Under the pieces are notes generated by a model, which ran no database searches, had not been told where the DNA came from, and saw only the letters and a list, made by a program, of their open reading frames with translations. A stretch of DNA of 64,000 nt from Eledone cirrhosa. Taxonomy: Eukaryota. This document shows, one piece after another, positions 60,161 through 64,000 of this stretch. Both the position numbers and the translations under genes were made by a program. How positions within the stretch are numbered: position 1 is the stretch's first letter; the number at the start of each line of letters is the position of its first letter. The stretch covers positions 312,852,001 through 312,916,000 of the forward strand of contig OZ024740.1 of the NCBI GenBank assembly GCA_964016885.1. The letters run 5' to 3'.

Positions 60161-63100
60161 CACCTCTCACCTGTATAACACGGGCAAAGTCCCGAAGGTT
60201 GAAGACATAATGAGATTTTGTTGGAGTTGGTAAAAACCTGGTGACAACCTTCTTGTAGATATCCAGTGTAGCATAAATGATGATCTGTAAATATAAGACA
60301 GTAAGGTTAAGTTAGTGTCCATATATTTAATAAAGGAACATTAAAAATGTGAACTGGAAATAAATTACATTAGTTGTGAATTGGCAGAGTCGTTAGAACA
60401 TCGGATAGAATGCTTTATGGTATTCGTTCCTGCTCTCTGAGTTCAAATCCCACCGAGGTCAACTTTGCCTTTCATCCTTTCAAGGTCGATAAAATAAAGT
60501 ACCAGTAATGTCTGGGATAATTGCTGGCCTTGTGCCAAAAGTAGAAACAATTATCTTGGTTCTTTTGGCAAGTAAGGAGAGACAACTCTGTCATGTTTCA
60601 TATGAATTAGAACTGTGGGGTGGTGGGGATGGTGGTAATTATTGTTTGCATATATATATATATGTATATATGTATGTATATGTGGTGTGGTAAATAAATA
60701 TATACATATATATCAGGTCTGAACACAATGGAACCAAACTCCCACTGTCACTGCCTCTGTCTCTCCCGCTCTCCCCATCTCTCAGTATTATGGGGGCCCA
60801 TGCACTGGCCACCCCGCAGCCCTGGTGGACAGAATAGAGAAGGTGTTTCCCCAGAGGATAGTGAGGGAGACGCGCTGGAAGAGCCATTCCAACTTGTGAG
60901 GCTCACCCCTGAAGGTAACCAACGCCGTGCCGATGGTGGTCAGAAGGGAGCTTGTCCTGGAAATTCAGTTTTCACCATGGGACCCCATTTGCTCATAATA
61001 GTGAAAGATGGGGGGGGGGGGGGCAGGAGAAATGGATGCAATGACAGGGAATATTGGTTCCTCTGTGTTCGGACCTGGTGTATATGTGTGTATAATTTTA
61101 CAATTATTTTCGGGAGTGATTTACAACATTGATAGGAGAATAATTAAGCAGATGTATAAGGGTTGGCTGAAAAGTTCATAATCAAACAATGAAGGAGTGA
61201 TACTAGAGCTGTGAAATCTTGCATTCATTAATTTCAACTCTTCTTCTTAATGCCTGCATTGTTTTCTTGTAGGGATTATATTAAAAAATAAACCTCCTTT
61301 GGTCATTTCATGAGTATTTTGGTCAGCCTATAAACTTTCCAGCAAGCCCTCATATAAATAAAGTGGTCATATAGGTGTCATGACAAAAAGCAGCCAGTCC
61401 ACACTGTGGTTGGTGTAAAGTGATTGTGTAATCACTTTACACAATCACTTTACACCAACCACAGTGTGGACTGGCTGCTTTATGTCATGACACCTATATG
61501 ACCACTGTAAAGTGATTGTGTTGGTGCCATGGTAAAAAGCACCCAATACTTACCGTAAAGTGGTCATGTAGGTATCACAACAAAAGGTACCCAGTTCACA
61601 CTGTGATTGGTGTTAGGGAGGGCATACAGCCATAAAAACCTAGCCAGAAACAGTTCTGTATGAGAAAGACACAGTCATCTGATCTGACTTGTCCCAAAGC
61701 GACAACTCGTCTAGCCCATGCTAGCATAGTAAAATGGACGTTAAATGGTGATGATGTTGATGACACTTTTAATGTTAAAACTAAGAAAACCAGTCAACAA
61801 GAAAGAATTCAGTGAAAGTTAGAATATAGTATATAATTACTTTTATTTTCTATATAAGCTCTATATTATTGGAAGTAAAATAGGGGACATGAGACATGAT
61901 AGGGGCATTAAAATACAGGATGGAGCCCACTTATGGTATTGGTACTACAATAGAAGGTAGGGTACATAATATTATGGCTATAATAAATATCTTTTTACTC
62001 AAAAATGTGTAGGAGCTTACAATAAGTGTGTACACATACACACACACACACACATATATATATATGACTAATTACTACACACACACACACATTATCTCTT
62101 AATCTCACCATACATATAACAAAATGTCCAAAACTTATTGACAAAGGTATAAAACAGATTTAACATTAACCTGAAAATGTTTGCTCTATTTAAACTTGGT
62201 TCACTGGCAAGATCTTATCTCATTTTGGTACATGTTTATGTATATTTCCCCTCAGACACACACATAGACACACATGCATACACGCACACATTCATAAACA
62301 ATAAAATTGATTTGGTGTGTGACTATACACACACACACACACACTCACATTTATAAAAAATAATATTGATTTGGTGTGTGGCTTTATACACACACACACA
62401 CACACACACAAATATGTTAACTATATATAATTCATGATCACCATTGTCATCCTCATCAAACCTAATAACCACCATCTTTACCAACTCCAGGGAACATCTA
62501 CCAGATCACTTGATCTGCTAGAAATATTAACTAGATTTCTCTCAAATCAAGCCGTATCATATTTAAAAAGAAGGATATATAGTGTATGTAGGACTGCATT
62601 ATCCCAAGAATTAAATTAAGTTGGATGTTCAAGAGTCTTTGATCATAGGTCAGTTCAATTTCAGTTGACCTAGGGCTAAACAACAACACCAACTCCATCT
62701 CCCATCATCATAATAAGCCAAAGAAACTTTTATTTACTTTATTACTCTATTACATGTTCCAACGGAGGGGCTGAGGCCATGCTGGGGCACTGCCATTTAC
62801 TTTTTGGTGGGTGGAGAGATGTACAAAAATTTTATTTCAAAATACTCAAATATATTTCTAGAATAAAATTGCATAAAAATAATAAAGAATTTAATATTTA
62901 GTCAAACATACAGAAAAAGATAGTAGTATTGGAAAGGACTATAAATGCTATGAATGAGAGGAAAAAGAGGGAAAGAGCAAAGACTATTAGGCAACAAAAG
63001 AAAGGAGAAATGGGTAAAGGTGACAGACTCTACACCTAAGTCAGAGCAATGTTTCGGCTGTGCCCCCCTGTGGATAAAATGGCAAAGGCATTTCCGCAGA

Positions 63101-64000
63101 TAATGGCCAGTAATAACCACTGCAACAGCCACCCCACCTCACAGGGCTCCTTCCTCAGTTGGGCTGTTATCAATCTGATTTTACAGAAGAGGTCAGCTGT
63201 ACAGAGTCTGAGGATGCCTTGGTCTTGATGGTGACCGGTGCTAGAAACAGCAACCAAACTCTCCTCAAACCAAACCCTTACAATCTTAACACAGAAGGGA
63301 CAGATTTGACAACATAAAATTGGGATACAAATGACTGGAATGTTTCTGATTATCGGGCTTCTCAAACATGATTAAGCAGGAGTTAAATGAGAACAACAAC
63401 AACAATCATCATCAACATGACTGTCTATGTTCTGAGTTCAAATTCTGCTGACATCAACTTTGTCTTTCATCCTTCTGGGGTCAATAAAATAAAATACCAG
63501 TTAAGTACTAGGTTTGAAATAATTGACTTTCCCTTCTCTCAAATTGCTGGCCTTATGCTAAAGTTAGAAATGATTATTACTGCTTCTAACATCATCACCA
63601 CTATCTTCCTTCTCCTCCTCCTTTCTTTCCTCATCCTCTATCTTCACTATCTTCAACCTCCCTTCTCATCTCCCCCTCATCATCATCACCATTCCCACCC
63701 CCACCATCCCTTTTCCTTCTCCACAATTATCATCATCATTACCATCACCACCACACCATCTTCCCCTATTCCTTATAATCCATCTCATTGTCCTCCCCTC
63801 CTCCTTTTCCTCTATCTTCCTCCTCACTCTCATTCATCATCACTGTCTATTTTTAATTAGTAAGAGAGAGAGAAAGGATCGATACATATGTAAAGTGAAA
63901 CTCACCCTTGAGAACCTGCGTAAAGATGTTGGGAATTGTCTGAAATGCCACTCAGTCATTGGAGAAAAGATGTTTTTGAGAATATCTTCTGAGAATGTAT
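1..64000 (-). CDS. DNAH3: Axonemal (inner-arm, single-headed class) dynein heavy chain, DNAH3-like; partial gene with 26 exons in the window, extending beyond both edges
   Basis: Spliced exons give a continuous ORF with dynein motifs: [23 protein letters not shown]4 P-loop [86 protein letters not shown]5 [38 protein letters not shown]. All junctions are GT-AG with matching phases. Choice of DNAH3 over DNAH7/12 rests on recalled similarity, not a search. Confidence 0.93.
618..778 (-). CDS. DNAH3: Dynein HC exon 25
   Basis: AIANSEPS...[33 protein letters not shown](Q); 161 nt. Confidence 0.95.
890..1330 (-). mobile_element. Dispersed repeat (retroelement 3' end), homologous to 62903-63225
   Basis: Shared GTATTGGAAAGGACTATAAATGCTAT...GACAGACTCTACACCTA. 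Confidence 0.7.
1684..2153 (+). mobile_element. RTE-clade LINE 3' fragment
   Basis: [22 protein letters not shown]...ATEMGFL C-terminal RTE motif, followed by a (GAA)n tail; homologues at 52672-53077 (+) and 21305-21525 (-). Confidence 0.8.
2310..2414 (-). CDS. DNAH3: Dynein HC exon 24
   Basis: [35 protein letters not shown]; 105 nt. Confidence 0.95.
2486..2823 (+). mobile_element. tRNA-derived SINE with CORE-like middle and RTE-type tail
   Basis: A box TGGCTTAGTGG, B box GTTCAATTC, CCTTGAGCAAGACACTT, tail GTTAGGAAGGGCATCCAGCTGTAG...(TGA)n; related copies near 6838-7050, 13300-13535, 15950-16190, 18800-19150, 21528-21755, 22990-23170, 27085-27345, 54100-54340, 61362-61762. Confidence 0.8.
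3980..4415 (-). mobile_element. Two tandem copies of a second tRNA-SINE family (GAGTTCAAATCCCGCCGAGGTCAACTTTGCCTTTCATCC...)
   Basis: B box GTTCAAATC, (ATT)n tail; further copies at 233-380, 6577-6780, 20980-21230, 26267-26870 (x3), 28485-28640, 58007-58242, 60375-60553, 63428-63575. Confidence 0.8.
4459..4596 (-). CDS. DNAH3: Dynein HC exon 23
   Basis: [20 protein letters not shown]...[10 protein letters not shown]; 138 nt. Confidence 0.95.
5374..5840. mobile_element. Mariner-type MITE with two tandem partial duplicates
   Basis: One full TIR pair (5374-5558), then two copies each ending CTATGAACTTTT...CCCT(C/T)(A/G)TA. Confidence 0.8.
5904..6089 (-). CDS. DNAH3: Dynein HC exon 22
   Basis: [37 protein letters not shown]...[14 protein letters not shown]; 186 nt. 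Confidence 0.95.
6159..6377. mobile_element. piggyBac-type MITE (TTAA-flanked)
   Basis: TTAACCCATTAGCATTTA ... TAAATGCTAATGGGTTAA; copies at 16704-16926, 22369-22595, 54749-54976. Confidence 0.85.
7107..7223 (-). CDS. DNAH3: Dynein HC exon 21
   Basis: [39 protein letters not shown]; 117 nt. Confidence 0.95.
7573..7773 (+). repeat. 5' LTR
   Basis: Starts TGTAGCGAAGCGACAC; direct repeat of 12390-12590 with 13 substitutions by manual count. Confidence 0.95.
7775..7792 (+). promoter_or_regulatory. Primer-binding site complementary to tRNA-Trp
   Basis: TGGTGACTCCGACGTGAT matches the canonical tRNA-Trp PBS TGGTGACCCCGACGTGAT at 17/18 and lies just after the 5' LTR. Confidence 0.88.
8267..9031 (+). 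pseudogene. gag: Gypsy gag (disrupted)
   Basis: [24 protein letters not shown]-terminal motif (TGA at 8312); C-terminal CWYH...AKHCRPPC Cys/His motif; internal stops and frameshift. Confidence 0.85.
9028..12125 (+). pseudogene. pol: Gypsy pol (protease, RT, RNase H, integrase; disrupted)
   Basis: LVDTGAS protease; [11 protein letters not shown] and YIDD in RT; CVDASD RNase H; H-H-C-C zinc finger, HVDIVGP/TTDRG/VERFH integrase; C-terminal [13 protein letters not shown] in a shifted frame ending at 12125. Confidence 0.95.
12390..12590 (+). repeat. 3' LTR
   Basis: Direct repeat of 7573-7773, preceded by polypurine tract GGAGGAGGG (12376-12384). Confidence 0.95.
12852..13295 (-). mobile_element. 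RTE LINE 3' fragment
   Basis: Minus strand [19 protein letters not shown] and MLHGSETW motifs, (TGA)n tail. Confidence 0.75.
14109..14195 (-). CDS. DNAH3: Dynein HC exon 20
   Basis: [29 protein letters not shown]; 87 nt. Confidence 0.95.
14270..14750 (+). mobile_element. RTE LINE 3' fragment (second family)
   Basis: [10 protein letters not shown]...[14 protein letters not shown]...RGRPRKTW with (TGA)n tail; related pieces at 12852-13295 (-), 13710-14000 (+), 18390-18655 (+). Confidence 0.8.
15182..15353 (-). CDS. DNAH3: Dynein HC exon 19 (AAA5)
   Basis: [33 protein letters not shown]...ILENCLQ; 172 nt. Confidence 0.96.
16287..16420 (-). CDS. DNAH3: Dynein HC exon 18
   Basis: [44 protein letters not shown](S); 134 nt. 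Confidence 0.95.
16704..16926. mobile_element. piggyBac-type MITE
   Basis: TTAA-flanked TIRs, internal homology to 6159-6377. Confidence 0.8.
17257..17361 (-). CDS. DNAH3: Dynein HC exon 17
   Basis: [35 protein letters not shown]; 105 nt. Confidence 0.95.
17377..19975. repeat. AT-rich short-unit minisatellite (AATATAACAGTA and variants), interrupted by an insert at ~17761-18075 and by the Helitron
   Basis: Repeat blocks at 17377-17760, 18076-18210 and 19629-19975. Confidence 0.9.
18211..19628 (-). mobile_element. Non-autonomous Helitron carrying an RTE 3' fragment and an RTE-tailed SINE
   Basis: Minus strand starts TCTATATA...(TCTG)n and ends with hairpin CCCGAGCAACGCCGGG followed 8 nt later by CTAG; inserted between A and T with no TSD; removing it restores the flanking minisatellite. 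Confidence 0.85.
21824..21919 (-). CDS. DNAH3: Dynein HC exon 16
   Basis: [32 protein letters not shown]; 96 nt. Confidence 0.95.
23180..23335 (-). CDS. DNAH3: Dynein HC exon 15 (stalk CC2)
   Basis: [19 protein letters not shown]...KQQEKQ; 156 nt. Confidence 0.93.
24444..24803. repeat. 45-bp tandem repeat, 8 near-identical copies
   Basis: Unit GACAAAGTCACTGACACAGTTGAACTCAGATCAAGTTACTTGTCA. Confidence 0.97.
24908..25108 (-). CDS. DNAH3: Dynein HC exon 14 (MTBD)
   Basis: [20 protein letters not shown]...[22 protein letters not shown]; 201 nt. Confidence 0.96.
25837..25908 (-). CDS. DNAH3: Dynein HC exon 13 (MTBD)
   Basis: [24 protein letters not shown]; 72 nt. Confidence 0.93.
26267..26870 (-). 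mobile_element. Three tandem SINE copies
   Basis: Repeated GGTACTTTATTTTATCGACCCC...AGGATGAAAGGCAAAG...GGATTTGAACTCAG. Confidence 0.8.
27770..27874. mobile_element. Small Tc1/mariner-like MITE
   Basis: TACAGGA...AAAAATGTATGCACACTTT / AAAGTGTGTATACATT...CCTGTA imperfect TIRs. Confidence 0.65.
28868..28933. repeat. (TG)n microsatellite
   Basis: Direct reading; others are (GA)n 154-192, (AT)n 19149-19196, (AAC)n 25733-25778, (TG)n 60068-60158. Confidence 0.95.
29530..29688 (-). CDS. DNAH3: Dynein HC exon 12 (CC1 / microtubule-binding domain)
   Basis: [53 protein letters not shown]; 159 nt. Confidence 0.95.
30322..49896. repeat. 26-bp minisatellite/satellite array, ~750 copies, consensus CAACTACCATCCAA(T/C)CACCATTG(C/T)TA, filling dynein intron 11
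   Basis: Uninterrupted 26-bp periodicity over 19.6 kb, apart from rare 1-bp deletions (about 39120, 41017, 47291). Confidence 0.99.
49912..50094 (-). CDS. DNAH3: Dynein HC exon 11 (stalk coiled coil CC1)
   Basis: [22 protein letters not shown]...[15 protein letters not shown]; 183 nt, donor GTTAGA opening a 20.2-kb intron. Confidence 0.95.
50648..50767 (-). pseudogene. 5S rRNA-derived copy (pseudogene) in dynein intron 10
   Basis: GGCCATATCACGCTGAAAACATCGGTTCTC...GAAGTTAAGCAG...TTAGTACTTAGATGGGTGACC...GGTGCTGTAAGCAT; box A and box C recognisable; many CpG-decay-type changes; single copy. Confidence 0.88.
50909..51071 (-). CDS. DNAH3: Dynein HC exon 10
   Basis: [54 protein letters not shown]; 163 nt. 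Confidence 0.95.
51215..51640. repeat. Degenerate ~41-bp tandem repeat abutting the exon 9 donor
   Basis: Unit about AAAAGGGGACAGGAGAGATATAACATGTGGTGTAGTACAAG, ~10 copies. Confidence 0.88.
51645..51778 (-). CDS. DNAH3: Dynein HC exon 9
   Basis: [44 protein letters not shown](K); 134 nt. Confidence 0.95.
52216..52407 (-). CDS. DNAH3: Dynein HC exon 8
   Basis: MQQL...[50 protein letters not shown]; 192 nt. Confidence 0.96.
52672..53077 (+). mobile_element. RTE-clade LINE 3' fragment, same family as 1684-2153
   Basis: Clear nucleotide similarity to 1720-2153. Confidence 0.8.
53564..53659 (-). CDS. DNAH3: Dynein HC exon 7
   Basis: [32 protein letters not shown]; 96 nt. Confidence 0.95.
54749..54976. 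mobile_element. piggyBac-type MITE
   Basis: TTAACCCTTTA...TAAAGGGTTAA, internal homology to 6159-6377. Confidence 0.8.
54997..55335 (+). mobile_element. 3' end of a poly(A)-tailed retroelement family; homologues at 830-1330 (-) and 62870-63230 (-)
   Basis: Shared motif GCCTTTGC(C/T)ATTTTGTCCAC...GGTGTAG(T/A)GTCTGTC; AATAAA and A-run at 55300-55335. Confidence 0.65.
55488..55678 (-). CDS. DNAH3: Dynein HC exon 6 (AAA4 P-loop)
   Basis: (G)[39 protein letters not shown]...FFLGDYQIK; 191 nt. Confidence 0.95.
56464..56602 (-). CDS. DNAH3: Dynein HC exon 5 (start of AAA4)
   Basis: [47 protein letters not shown]; 139 nt, phase 1 donor. Confidence 0.95.
57055..57218. mobile_element. hAT(Charlie)-like MITE
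   Basis: CAGTGAAGGGCAAAC ... GGTTGCTCATTCCTG termini; TTCTAGAT flank. Confidence 0.55.
57530..57700 (+). mobile_element. RTE LINE reverse-transcriptase fragment
   Basis: Degenerate VRVNNEY...G(V)[16 protein letters not shown] motif. Confidence 0.6.
58372..58551 (-). CDS. DNAH3: Dynein HC exon 4
   Basis: [10 protein letters not shown]...[31 protein letters not shown]; 180 nt, donor GTAAGT. Confidence 0.9.
59442..59591 (-). CDS. DNAH3: Dynein HC exon 3
   Basis: GILLFSPK...[31 protein letters not shown]; 150 nt. Confidence 0.95.
59675..59876. mobile_element. Tc1/mariner-type MITE (TA-flanked)
   Basis: Terminal inverted repeats (TIRs) TACGAGGG...CTGAAAAGTTCATAG / CTATGAACTTTTCAG...CCCTCGTA; copies at 5374-5840 (tandem array), 61155-61354, fragments at 23561-23612 and 59968-60005. 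Confidence 0.85.
60171..60284 (-). CDS. DNAH3: Dynein HC exon 2
   Basis: [38 protein letters not shown]; 114 nt, CAG|...|GTGAG. Confidence 0.95.
60712..61079. mobile_element. Non-autonomous DNA transposon with ~26-bp TIRs
   Basis: ATCAGGTCTGAACACAATGGAACCAA is an imperfect inverted repeat of TTGGTTCCTCTGTGTTCGGACCTGGT; TA-rich flanks, GC-richer interior. Confidence 0.7.
61155..61354. mobile_element. Mariner-type MITE
   Basis: Same family as 59675-59876. Confidence 0.8.
63906..64000 (-). CDS. DNAH3: Dynein HC exon 1 of window (5' truncated), AAA3 lid region
   Basis: [31 protein letters not shown], then donor GTGAG. Confidence 0.85.

Overview
Eukaryotic, AT-rich, repeat-dense DNA. The SINE, RTE and MITE content looks like octopus or another cephalopod (inferred, not searched). 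The whole window lies inside one minus-strand axonemal dynein heavy chain gene, most similar to DNAH3. I traced 26 exons (the first and last cut by the window edges; about 3.6 kb coding) with GT-AG boundaries and consistent phases, covering the end of AAA3, AAA4, the stalk/MTBD, AAA5 and the run toward AAA6. The introns hold: a ~19.6 kb array of a 26-bp minisatellite (~750 copies, with higher-order duplications) whose terminal unit overlaps the exon's 5' splice site; a full-length decayed Ty3/Gypsy LTR retrotransposon (201-bp LTRs, GAGC target-site duplication (TSD), tRNA-Trp primer-binding site, GGGAAAC -1 frameshift site) inserted into a foldback element; a non-autonomous Helitron carrying RTE/SINE cargo; a 5S rRNA pseudogene next to a SINE/LINE tail; many tRNA-SINEs, RTE fragments and MITEs; and several long, near-perfect intronic hairpins. 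A recurring oddity is local duplication or expansion of sequence at this gene's splice donors. The huge ORFs at 30-50 kb are artefacts of the repeat.
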